The notes: generated from the sequence alone by a model not told the origin. Numbered from the stretch's first letter, positions 12,691 through 25,042 are shown. The stretch is DNA of 64,000 nucleotides from Octopus sinensis (GCF_006345805.1 NC_042997.1:179056001-179120000), one strand, 5' to 3'. A program made the numbers and translations.

Positions 12691-13387
12691 AGCCCCATAC
12701 CATTTAAAATTGACTGACTCATCGAGCTCAGGCAAAAGAAAGGTGAAAGTTCAAGATAGTTAGTGGAAACTTAGCTGTTATGTTGATTATAGTATTGAAA
12801 ATATCAGCGACATTAAATATATTAAAATAGAGAAAAACAGAATGAACTAAACAGAAGAGGAGGAAACAGGTTGGACGGAGACACGCTGAAGGGGTCACAG
12901 AATGTGACGAAAGATTTTCAGATAAAAGACAAAATATGAACAATAATGAAGAGACAGTGCCTATGTTTATTTGTTGCACAAATACACAAAAAAAAATGAC
13001 CGTCCCGAAATATAACAATAAAATAGAGATCCGTATTTTCTATGTCTTGGACTGCCTGGCTCGAAAGGGTGTTGGTGGCATCTCGTAGTCTGGAGAGCAT
13101 GAATAGCGTCTCGTTGTCTAGAATATGTAAGAAACTGATGCGACATCTACTAGATGAGAAAGCAATTTACTACATTTTTGCAAAAAAGTAGCGACAACCG
13201 AAGAAGAAATAGTAGTTACTAGCAACTTGGCATAATCGGAATACTTAAAAAATGTTTTGTACCCTTTGATATTTATAAATATGAAAAAATTAAAGAAAAA
13301 TCCCCATGCAGTTCCAATCAGGTTTTATCTACTCTCGGCACGTGGGCCACCGAGTAATTCAATACTCAAATTTATATCACCTGGTAC

Positions 13388-13786
13388 GAGTGGCTGTGTG
13401 GTAAGTAACTTGCTAACGAACCACATGGTTCTAGGTTCAGTCCCACTGCGTGGCACCTTGGGCAAGTGTCTTCTACTATAGCCTCGGGCCGACCAAAGCC
13501 TTGTGAGTGGATTTGGTAGACGGAGTCTGAAAGAAGCCCATCGTATATATGCATATATATATGTGTGTGTATATGTTTGTGTGTCTGTGTTTGTCCCCAC
13601 AACATTGCTTGACAACCGACGCTGGTGTGTTTACCTCCCCGTAACTTAGCGGTTCGGCAAAAGGGCCCGATGGAATAAGTACTGGGCTTACAAAGAATAA
13701 ATCCTGGGTTCGATTTGGTCGCGTAAAGGCGGTACTCCAGCATGACCACAGACAAATGACTGAAAGAAGTAAAAGAGCAAAAGAGT
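13388..13786 (+). mobile_element. tRNA-derived SINE family 2 with a CORE-like segment and an internal microsatellite
   Basis: gagtggctgtgtggtaag (A-box-like), ggttcagtccc (B-box-like), ccttgggcaagtgtctt (CORE-like) and an (aaaagag)n tail. Four near-full copies in the window. Confidence 0.92.
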
Positions 13787-14669
13787 TTCTGAATTACTTC
13801 ATCAAGTGAAATTTAGAAGAAAGCACCTTTTTCCTTTCCGTAGAATATATCTTTCTGCTTTATTACGGGGACAGATGGGTAAGGGGTAATTTCAGTAGTA
13901 AGTTACTGTACAATATGTATGATAATATGAACTTAGTGAACCAGTGTAATTTTTCCCAAAGAGAGAATTCTTTGCATTTTACCGAAATCACATGCGCGCA
14001 TGATACATGCATACATAATGTGTACATATGTATTTCAATGCATACGAGTACATGCAAACATATGTGTGTATGCATTCTTTCAAGATACGCACAGATAGAA
14101 ACAAAAATACACTTTTCCCTAAAGAGGCAAATCATCAGAACACAAAGACTGATAAGCCCGTATTCACAAACTAGTACAATATTCTTTGTCACTGTTTATG
14201 CTGCGCATATCTTATTACTTCTGTCTTGCTTGTCTCGTCTTGAGCTCTGAACACACGTTGTAATAGTGGGATCGTTGCGGTGACGTAGCTGACGTTTAAA
14301 TCTGGCAGAAATTAACGAAGCGGATTTCTTCCCAAGAAATAAATATTTAGAGAAATTAAGAGGAATCAAATTAAGAACGATATGAATACAATTATTCACC
14401 CAGAAAAAGTGACAATTAAAGCTGCCGTCTTAAATTCACACTACAGAGAATCGGAAAAGTACCGTGAATCATCGTAGCGACCTCTATAACTACTCTACCA
14501 ATTCGTCGCTTCTGTTTCAGTATGTGAATTATTGAATTATTTTAAGTCAACTTATAAAGCAGTAATGCATCCGCTGTCTGTATCACCGAGCTAATGTTTG
14601 TTTAACTTGCGTGTTTACCTTAGTTTCTCTTATTAGTTTTTTTTAGCGTGTGTGTGTGCGTGTGTATAT

Positions 14670-14721
<52 letters not shown>

Positions 14722-14799
14722 ATTAGGGGGTGTATCTCCAAACTTACAGGGAAAATTCAATTTAGTATTAAATCAAAGTTCGCAGTATAAATATATAAA

Positions 14800-15090
14800 A
14801 TATAAATTAGAGATAAAACCACTATTATGCAGCTCAAACAGTGATAGACATAAACCAATACATAAATAACCAATATATATAATTTAAAAAAATATATATC
14901 TTATAACTAGATCTCAAAAGTATAAAATGAATGATAAATATATAATATAATATGTAAAAACACTACTACGTTTCATGGCTACCATTAAATTCTAAAAAAA
15001 AAATTATATATATATATTGGTTATTTATGTATTGGTTTATGTCTATCACTGTTTGAGTTGCATAATAGTGGTTTTATCTCTAATTTATAT
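14800..15090. repeat. 81-bp inverted repeat (1 mismatch) with a 129-nt spacer
   Basis: 14800-14880 is the reverse complement of 15010-15090 except at 14832. Confidence 0.95.
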
Positions 15091-15606
15091 ATATATATAT
15101 GATGTCGTTTGAGTATATTTCTTTCTAATGTAATGTTATAAATTACGCAATACGAGCGCTTTTTATAATATACGTTTATTTGGTGTGTATTTTGGGGAGT
15201 AGTTTTTCGCACTGTGCAAATTTCAGTATTTATTTATATCCGCTTTCCTATTTGATTAAATCTGCTTTTAACCCGACACGTTCAGATATTTCATTTTTGA
15301 AATGTTTATATATAGAATGTTTTTTTCTATTTATATTACTTCTGTTTTTTTTTTTCAGGGAGATAGTTTCATCGGATGGAATTGAAAGAATTACAAACAC
15401 ATTTTTATACGTTAATACGTAGATGTGTGATTATTAAACGATAATGACTGAAGAAAAATTTATTAACTGACTTTCAGTATAAACAGGCATGTATCATATT
15501 AACGAGGTTTTAAACATTTTCAGATAGATAAAATCTTTGCTATATAATATCAGCGATAAGGTCTTGTTTTCCTCCCACTCGCACAAACTCATACGCACAT
15601 ATATAC

Positions 15607-16024
15607 CTATTTCTTTACTACCCACAAGGAGCTAAACACAGTGAGAACAAACAAGGACAGGCAAACGGATTGGGTCGATTATATCGACCCCAGTGCGTAA
15701 CTGGTACTTAATTTGTCGACCCCGAAAGAATGAAAGGCAAAGTCGACCTCGGCGTAATTTGAACTCAGAACGTAGCGGCAGACGAAATACCTATTTCTTT
15801 ACTACCCACAAGGGGCTAAACACAAAGAGGACAAACAAGGGCAGACAAACGGATTAAGTCGATTATATCGACCCCAGCGCGTAACTGGTACTTAATTTAT
15901 CGACCCCGAAAGGATGAAAGGCAAAGTCGACCTCGGCGGAATTTGAACTCAGAACGTAACGGCAGACGAAATACGGCTACGCATTTCGCCCGGCGTGCTA
16001 ACGATTCTGCCAGCTCGCTGCCTT
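15607..16024 (-). mobile_element. SINE family 1a dimer (head plus two 184-bp units) with a 17-bp TSD
   Basis: Units at 15607-15790 and 15791-15974. The direct repeat atacgcacatatatacc lies at 15591-15607 and 16025-16041. Confidence 0.95.
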
Positions 16025-16149
16025 ATACGCACATATATACCAATGACCACATGCGCAAGCACAGAGATACACTACTATGTACACATGCACAGGCGAGCGT
16101 CACGCAGACGTACTCATAGAGGAAAAGAACCATGAAGGTCACACGAGAA

Positions 16150-17045
16150 TATGTGGAACCAGTTAACTAGAATCCCCTCCACTATTATTGTTGCCAGTTC
16201 CAGCATCAACACTATCACCTTCACCGTTGTGATCAACATAACAATAACCCTCATGATAATCCTCTTCGCCCACACCATATCCTCCTCCTCCTCCTTCTTG
16301 CTTCATTACCAACGTCCATCTCAAAAATCGCCATCATCATCATCATCATCATCTACTCAACAAGCTCTCATTATATCACTCCGCCCCCGATATACAGTAT
16401 ATTTTTCGACCATGAACTGCTTATCACCATTATCCGAGTACTGATTATGATCAGCACCCTGATGATAGTGATGATAATGGTGATGATGAAGATGATGAAA
16501 ATTAAGATGATGATGATGGTGATAATGATGATGCAGATTAAGATGATGATGATGATGGTGATAATGATGATGATGATGAAGATTAAGATGATGATGATGA
16601 ATATCAGGAAGGCTGAGATCATTATTTTCATCACATTATCATCATCATGAAGATAATCATCATTAAAATCGCAGTAACAAAATGATGACGACTGAGAACA
16701 ATGGACAATCTGTGATAATAAGGGTGATCACCAGCATTACTGTAATTATCGGTGCTCTAATGACATACATAATGACGACAATATTAATGATAATGACTCT
16801 TAGTAAAAAGATGGTAGACATACTGATGTTGATGATGACGACGACGACAATGATGATGATGATGGTGGTAATGGAAGCGCTGGTGGTGATATTGATGAAG
16901 TCGCCGATGATGACGATGATGACGACGGAGCCAATGATAAAGAAGATGACGATAGAAGATGATTATGATATGTGATGACGATTGTGATGATAGATGTGAG
17001 GACAAAGGCAGCGACAAAGATGAGGCTGATGAAAATGATGATTTT
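16150..17045. repeat. Low-complexity (CAT)/(ATG) mosaic containing a short minisatellite
   Basis: A gatgatgatggtgataatgatgatg..gattaa unit is repeated about 3 times at 16470-16590. Confidence 0.9.
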
Positions 17046-17350
17046 CTGGACTGATTGAACGTATAATTATTTGGACTTCAGCTGTTATAGTAGATAAGGT
17101 TTACACTCCAAATATATTATTAATTCCACATTAGCAACGCACAGTGTTCCAGGAAGTTAGTTACAGTTTTCAAAAATAATGATTTATGAAGAACTGTTAT
17201 ATATAAGAAATGGCAGTAACTCCTGATTGCGTAAGTCATTTCTAATTCATAATACATTTATTTAATAATTACTGTAAATTGAAAAGATAGTTTTCTCCCC
17301 AGGATGCCATCACAAATAAGCACAAATATGTGTTTGTATCTCTGTGTATA

Positions 17351-17625
17351 TACAGGGTGCGTAAGGTATTTGAGGACATAGCTTTTTGGAGCCATTGTTG
17401 CAATTTTTGCTAACTCTGTATAATTTTTGTTTCAGAAAAGAATAATGGCAGACACTCAGCTTACTCAGGAAATGAAGAGGCATGCTGTTATTGTGGTTAT
17501 AAAGGCTGAGCATAGCGATTTAGAAATATCTCGAATTTCAAAATTTGCCAGATCTTTCGTTTACAAAGTCCGTAAAGAGCTAGAGACTGAATATAGAAAT
17601 GTATCACCAGTATACAGTTATATAA
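17351..17625 (+). mobile_element. 5' end of a Tc1/mariner (maT-like) transposon
   Basis: TA-cagggtgcg terminus, then MADTQLTQEMKRHAVIVVIKAEHSDLEISRISKFARSFVYKVRKELE, an HTH-like N-terminus comparable to the start of the 32875 element. Confidence 0.7.
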
Positions 17626-18515
17626 AGCATATAACTGTATACATTGAATAGCCTGTATCTGCAATTCAAGATTAGGGCTTTGACACACTGTGTAACGCTG
17701 AATCAACCAGAGAATTACGGTAAGGGAACGTGTGTACGTGGAATGCTCAACCACTTAGACGTTAATTCAAAGAGTACCTAATTCAATTAATCCAGCAATT
17801 GAATTCTTAGTGTCTAAATTGTCGGAGACACTCACACAGACACACGCACGAACACACACGCACACACAAACATATCCATTTGCACAAAAAAAAATTATAT
17901 TAAGTATCGTATCTTTATAATCACCAATCTATCATCGCTCGATTTCGTTACCAATTATATCCTACTAAATTCCTCTTACAATTTTACTTTGCCTTTAACT
18001 ACAGTTTATCTTCCAAGATTTCTCAACTTCGTTATTGATAATTCCACTGCCACTTACTACTAAGCAAAGATATTATTATAAGAGTGTCTAACATTGTATG
18101 AGACATTATTAAACAGAAATAGTTGCTAATGTATGAATTATTCATATTCGCAGAATTAATTTCTCACCTTCTATCGAATTATGATGGTATATGTTGCAAA
18201 GTTTGAATTTAATAGAAAAATAAACGCCGACTATTCGTGGAGCTAATTGGTTGCATACTAGCTATGAAGCAGGCTAGGATACGATGCTGTCTATTTCATT
18301 TTGCTACCTAGACAGCGTGCATAACTAATATAGTACGTATTTTTTGTATGTCTTACACAAACCAGCTGTGGCATCAGTCAGTTGTATTTTGTCTCGGCAT
18401 CATCTATTAAATTCCTAGTCATTTATTTAACGTGAACCTGCAACGATTGTGATACTGCCTATGCAAAAAAACATATATGTTAAATTCGTGAAGTTTCAAA
18501 TTTAGTTTTGATAAT

Positions 18516-18927
18516 GGAGTGGCTGTGTGGTAAGTAGCTTGTTTACCAACCACATGGTTCCGGGTTCAGTCCCACTGCGTGGCACCTTGGGAAAGTGTCT
18601 TCTACTATAGCCTCGGGCCGACCAAAGCCTTGTGAGTGGATTTGGTAGACGGAAACTGAAAGAAGCCCGTCGTATATATGTATATATATATATATATATG
18701 TATGTGTATGTGTTTGTGTGTCTGTGTTTGTCCCCCTAGCATTGCTTGACAACCGATGCTGGTGTGTTTATGTCCCCGTAACTTAGCGGTTCGGCAAAAG
18801 AGACCGATTGAATAAGTACTGGGCTTACAAAAGAATAATTCCCGGGGTCGAGTTGCTCGATTAAAGGCGGTGCTCCAGCATGGCCGCAGTCAAATGATTG
18901 AAACAAGTAAAAGAGTAAAGAGTAAAG
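18516..18927 (+). mobile_element. SINE family 2, full length
   Basis: Collinear with the 13388-13786 copy. Confidence 0.93.
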
Positions 18928-19327
18928 TAAGTTATGGTTTTACGAGTATTACGATCCTATGAATCTCTTGTGTAAGAAATAGTTATTGTTAGTTACAATG
19001 CAAGCACGGGGGATATTGAGTTCATGTTATACATGGTGATTAATTTTGGTAAGGGGAATGGCGGATATGTTTATTCAGTTTCTTAGTATTTTTGTGAAAT
19101 GTGACCTTATTGTATTTAAGAAGTCACTGCATATGCCCAGAAATTCGTGTGACTGTGAATCGCTGCTCGGAGGTGTATATAAACAACATATACTAGCAGT
19201 TATTATAGCTTGAAATATCCCTCTCTCATTCCTACAATTTATACCCGCTTCCTTTACTGCTCTCTGTTAACTCCAACTAGCAACTAACACTATGACTGTG
19301 GCTCTCACAATACGAATCGACACATAT

Positions 19328-19736
19328 CTTTCTCTTTCTTTTACTTGCTTCAGTCTCTTGACTGTGGCCATGCTGGAGGACCACCTTTATCGAGCAAATC
19401 GATCCCAGGACATATTCTTTGTAAGCCTAGTACTTATTCTATCGGTCTCTTTTGCCGAACCGCTAAATTACGGGGACGTAAATACACCAGTATCGGTTGT
19501 CAATTGATTTTGGGGGACAAACACAGACACATAAACACACACACACACACACACACATACATACACACACATATATATACGACGGGCTTCTTTCAGTTTC
19601 CGTCTACCAAATCCACTCACAAAGCTTTGGTCGGACCGAGGCTATAGTAGAAGACACTTGCCCAATGTGCCATGCAGTGGGACTGAACCCAGAACCATGT
19701 GGTTGCTAAGCACGCTACTTAGCACACAACCACTCC
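19328..19736 (-). mobile_element. SINE family 2, full length
   Basis: Reverse complement of the family 2 copies. Confidence 0.92.
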
Positions 19737-19974
19737 AAACACCCATGATTTCAATTTTAACATCAATCCCAATTTTCCCAGATCTTATTCGCCTCTGCAC
19801 CAATCAAGCAATCCAACTACTACATTTTTGCGACCATCACTCATTCTTGAAATTTAGCGCCACTACCTGCAGCAGGCCTGGCACTTTAAGTCAACTAACT
19901 GATTTCAGCTCAGCTAGGTTTATGCTAACTATACTTGGCAGCACATATACTTCACACCCGCATTTTATACACAA

Positions 19975-20260
19975 CTAGCAGTATCGCCCGGCGTTGCTCG
20001 GGTTTTTAAGGGAAATAACTATATAAGCATTTTTAGAGAGTTACTTCCCTTATATAAACCGAGCAAAAAATGCATTAAAAATGCGAAAAATTTTTTTTTA
20101 AATCGTAGACTCATCGTAGACGTGCACTAATACCCAGAATGGTTCGATATGAATCATGACTATAAGATGCCCGCTTTTGGTTAAACTGCACCGCAAAATG
20201 TGGGAGTAGTTAGGAATCTAAATCGGAGGAGACAGACTCTCACACAACTTCAGTTTTATA
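19975..20260 (+). mobile_element. Helentron/HINE-like non-autonomous element
   Basis: Begins (a)ctagcagtatcgcccggcgttgctcgggt with a subterminal hairpin and ends acagac..cacacaacttcagttttata. This is the layout of DINE-1/Lep1-type elements. Confidence 0.7.
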
Positions 20261-20879
20261 TATACACAATAAAGCTCAGTGACAAGGTCACAAAGTGTTT
20301 CACTTATATCAGCGCCTCAGCTGTTCAGTCAGAAAAGCTCTTGTAGCACCAGCCTGTGAACCATGAAGGATGTCCCCACCCCAGCATCGTATAGCGCTCA
20401 AGCTCTCAATTTATACACCAGTTCAGTTCCGCTAGATTTCCCAATGCATTTGATGTGTATTGTATCTTCGGATTGATTCTTTCCTTGCATTTTGCTATTA
20501 GTACAGGTTCCACCATTATACTTTAGTTTTTAATATGCATCAATGTATGTGTGAATCTGCCGTGCGTAAATGGTGCACTATAAATCCCTATAATCGGAAA
20601 CTAAATTAGTTCATTGGATCATGTTCTGTGGCCACTGAAGATCGCATTGTTTATCATACCATTTTCACCGTCAGAATACATATGTTTCTCGCTCATATTA
20701 CATATGACATTCGTTTATATATTTGCTCATAAACACTGTTTCTTGCCACATAAGCATGAAAGTATAAACACGCATACACATACATGCAATTCATATAGAT
20801 ATAAATCGCACATTTATTTAAAAGTACATACATATATGTTTTTTTATCTATCTATCTATCTATCTATCTATCTCTCTAG

Positions 20880-20912
<33 letters not shown>

Positions 20913-20958
20913 TATATATACCCGTAAATGTAATATGTGGCAATTATTTGGTAGTCAT

Positions 20959-21019
20959 GATAAAACTCCGAGTTTCAGATGTCGGGGTGGAAATCCACGC
21001 CGCCATCTCCTCATTTATC
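20959..21019 (-). ncRNA. Degenerate type-I hammerhead ribozyme (Penelope-type)
   Basis: Minus strand reads GATAA-ATGAGGA-[GATGGCGG cGTGG attt CCACc CCGACATC]-t-GAAA-CTCGGAGT-T-TTATC. Stems I, II and III all form; C3 is replaced by A. Confidence 0.55.
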
Positions 21020-21114
21020 CGGCCATCGGAAAAATGCTATTTATAAATAAATTCCTCTATTTATATAATATCGAGATTACTTTCATTCTTTTGTTGTATT
21101 ACCATTTCTATCAA

Positions 21115-21152
<38 letters not shown>

Positions 21153-21203
21153 CGTGTGTGTGTATGCATGTAGGACTGTATACACACACACACACACACA
21201 CAC

Positions 21204-21237
<34 letters not shown>

Positions 21238-22342
21238 TTATGTGTGTGTGTGTGTGTATTTTGAGTGCAAAATTTTGCTTAAAATCTAGATTTTCCTTCG
21301 GTTACACTTCAGTTACTAGTTTCAATGTAAATCCAGTCTTCGGGAAATGATTTTAATCCACCTTAATGCATTACTTGTTCAGGCGCCAGCGGAGAAATTT
21401 AAACGTTTCAAATATTTCTTGATTTATCCACGGGCTTTTTCTGACTAAGCCACAGTATATAAAGTAATTTTGTGTAAACAACGGAAATGAAGCTTATTCT
21501 AAACTATGAATTCGCTTATCTCATGTCGTATACACTGCTAGGCGTATAATTACTTCTGTTTCAAAGAATACAAAAGTTGTTATGTAAAGATATTGTTAAA
21601 GCTGTAGAACTTAATGAAAGATTAACATTTAGCTAAAGGAAGTACTTTTCCTCACTTATTATATTTTAAGTGTTTTCCCATTTAAAATCTATCATTTGAT
21701 GATATATTTCATAAACTCTGCACAGAACACCATTACACAAAATACAGGAATCCATAATTCACCAATCATAAACACAGATATAAGTACGCACGCATACATA
21801 TATACATACACATATATACATACATATATACATACATACATACATACATAGATAATCAAAATAGCATGCAGTACGATCGTTTCATGCGACTCCATTTAAT
21901 TGAAAAATGCAAAACATTACATCAATTTTTAAATGTAGAGCAATCTTCAGCTGCACAACAAACATAGAATTTAATTAAATTTGAAGGATACCTTAGTATA
22001 ATTTTATCCAAAATCTCCAAAAGGATAAGGAGATAGACAAAGAACATGTTTTACCAACAACATCACAGTTGTAACGGAAATTATTTTGAAAAAGACACTG
22101 CTTTTCACTGATTATTTCTGTTATTTAGTTTTAATCATGGGGAGGGTCAGTTTCAATTATCATGTGTGTTTGTTTATATAGATATATGTGTGTATATACA
22201 TGTATGTGTGTATGTATATATATGTATATATGTATAAATACATATGTGTGTGTGTGTGTGTTTATGATTGGTGAATTATGGATTCTTGCATTTTGTGTAA
22301 TGACGTTCTGTGTATAGTTTATGAAATTCAAAATCAAATGAT

Positions 22343-22390
<48 letters not shown>

Positions 22391-22539
22391 TGCACATACA
22401 CATATATATATATATACATATCTATACGCATATATGCCTACCTATATGTATATATATATATGAATATATACACATACACATGTACATATGCATAAACGAT
22501 TTGTTTATAATGATCAAATGTTTTGTGCTGTACATGAGT

Positions 22540-22734
22540 GCACGCTCACCACTGAATCGACATCCCCAGTAGAAGTGCATGGTGTGCGAAATATCAGGTG
22601 TCGAAGTGTTAGTAGAGCAATGTGAGAGGAAGTATTTGGATCAAGAACACAACGCACTACCCGGTCCGAGATTTGAACCCACGATCTCGTAATCGTGAGA
22701 GCAAAGTCCAAGATCACCAGGTTAAGTGCCTCAC
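22540..22734 (-). mobile_element. Degenerate tRNA-derived SINE (family 4-like)
   Basis: On the minus strand, a tRNA-like head with gggttcaaatctcgg B-box is followed by gcgttgtgttcttgatccaaatacttcc, resembling 48977-49217. Confidence 0.7.
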
Positions 22735-23002
22735 ACACAAACACAAACTCACAAAGATACAAACACACACGTATGTGTGTGTGCGTGTGATTGCGTGCGT
22801 TCGTGTGTGTGCGCCCGCCCATAAATTCAGATACGTAATACTTAATTCTGAAAAACTCGAACATCACATCTAACAGATGTTTCATATTAATAAATATACT
22901 TTGCTACGTTTCAAAAGTAGCTTGCATCCGACAAGAGGAACTCTGCTGAAATACTGTACTAAATTAGATAATAAATGTCTTGAAATGTGTATTCTATCTT
23001 AC

Positions 23003-23060
23003 CTTTAGAGGAAATCTGTCACATACCTCTCACACCAAGGGATACATGTAAGACACTCAC
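23003..23060 (-). other. Candidate internal exon of an unidentified long-intron gene
   Basis: Acceptor cctcctatatttctttatttttcag with an AG-free upstream zone and a TTAAT branch-like motif. Donors at GAG|GTATGT (34-nt exon) and AAG|GTAAGA (58-nt exon). Confidence 0.45.
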
Positions 23061-23361
23061 CTGAAAAATAAAGAAATATAGGAGGTTTTAATTAATTGGA
23101 TATTTCAGAGTGTTAGAAGGCAATTTTATTTAAAGCGCATGTGGATAAGTCGATTCTGAAGGGAAAAGAAGTTCAAAAGCAAACAAACGACTAACACAAT
23201 TAACCGAATTATTATTTGTATACAAGATCAAAACACTCATGTCTCTAAATCTGAAGTTTATCTTTACGTAGGTAGAAGCGTTCTAATTCGCCGCAGTATT
23301 TGTGTGTGGTAGCCAAAGAAATTTGATGACGTCATACATTGGCAAGTGTATGCTACTGTAT

Positions 23362-23616
23362 AAGGCGACGCGCTGGCAGAAACGTTAGCACGCAGGGCGA
23401 AATCCTTAGCGGTTTTTCGTCTGCCACTACGTTCTGAGTTCAAATTCCGCTGAGGTCTACTTTGCCTTTCATCCGTTCGGGGCCAATTAAATAAGTACTA
23501 GTTACGCACTGGGGTCGATATAATCGACTTAATCCGTTTGTTTGTCCTTATTTGTCCTTTCTGTGTTTAGCCCCTTGTGGGTAGTAAAGAAATAGGTATA
23601 TCGTCTTCCGCTACGT
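23362..23616 (+). mobile_element. SINE family 1a with the start of a second unit
   Basis: The 184-bp unit at 23412-23595 is followed by gtatatcgtcttccgctacgt. Confidence 0.92.
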
Positions 23617-24383
23617 ACAGGGAGAATTTTGTCCACTAATTGCATGTATACATATCCTCTGGTAACCGAGCATTTCAACTTCTTACTTTACAGAAATGAA
23701 ACCTGTATTATGTGTATGCAGTATGCAGAACGTTCTCCAAAGTTCTTTTTTAAGGCGTATTATTGGCATTCATAACCGGAATCACACTTACGCTATGTCT
23801 ACAAATAGTAAAGATTTCTTTTTACTAACTGAATGCAATACGCTGCAGAAACACTTTTATAAAACATAAATTTATGAGTTGCTTTGACCAGTGGGACTTA
23901 AAGATACTATCTAGTATCAGAAACGTCAGGTCAATGTTTCAAACATTAGTTACATGTTTCTTTTGAAATTAATTCCCTTTGTTCCTCTTTCTGGATTATA
24001 CACATTTGAAGAAATTTTTTATCTGTTATCTCAATTGACTGAAGATATTCTTTGACTATTGTAAATAAACCGCGACAGACAAAAAAAAAAACTATACGTA
24101 TATTGAGTGTACAACCGGACAGGAGACAGGTACAGAAGGTCCCTAATTCTTCATCAGTTGTTAACCAAATGGTAATACTCAGTTTCGTATAATTAATAAT
24201 GAGAAACTGATTACTACAATTTGGTTTGATAACTGATGATGAATTAAGGACCTTCTGTGTCTATTTCCCGACTGGTTGTACACCCATTTGAAGTTTTTTT
24301 CTCTGTCGCTGTTTCTTTACATTGCTTTTTTTCATTTATTCAGTAACGGTACGCAACACATCCCGAACTTTCTTGACAATAAG

Positions 24384-24463
<80 letters not shown>

Positions 24464-24490
24464 TATATGCATATATATATATACATATAT

Positions 24491-24807
24491 ATCACCTTCA
24501 TCACCTTAACCAACCAGTCCGTCAGGCGTCCATTTGATACCGCTGGTAACAGCATGCTGTCCACTCCTCTCTGGATCGCGCCTTTCTCATCCACGTAATC
24601 CCAATCATCCTCCTGAAATCGTAACTCCACCGTCGTGGAGGCCTTCCGGGTGGTCGTTTCCGCTGGCGCGGGTACCACTCGACAACTGCGCGGGTTCACC
24701 GATTATAGGTGAGCCGGGCGACGTGTCCAGCCCATCTAAACTTGCTGCGTGTATACTCTGCGATGACATCCCTCACGCCGGAATTCTTTCTGATGATCTC
24801 GCTACTG
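24491..24807 (-). mobile_element. 3' end of an RTE-clade LINE (5'-truncated)
   Basis: Translates SKFRWAGHVARLTYNR*TRAVVEWYPRQRKRPPGRPPRRWSYDF..REEW, the classic RTE C-terminus. It ends in a short tandem tail (aaggtgatgaaggtgat). Confidence 0.9.
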
Positions 24808-24924
24808 TATATATATATGTATATATGTATAAGTATGTATAAACAACATATACATACAAATATATGTATGCATATTTATAATCACATACACACACGCACT
24901 CAGACACACATACACACCTATACG

Positions 24925-24955
<31 letters not shown>

Positions 24956-25009
24956 GATATATGCATGTATATATAAATACACACCCACACACACACACAC
25001 ACACACCAC

Positions 25010-25042
<33 letters not shown>

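Noticed and set aside
16371-17017. Met/Ile/Asp/His-rich ORFs
   Set aside because: They are by-products of (ATG/CAT)n repeats; the Asp-rich frame is broken by repeated TAA.
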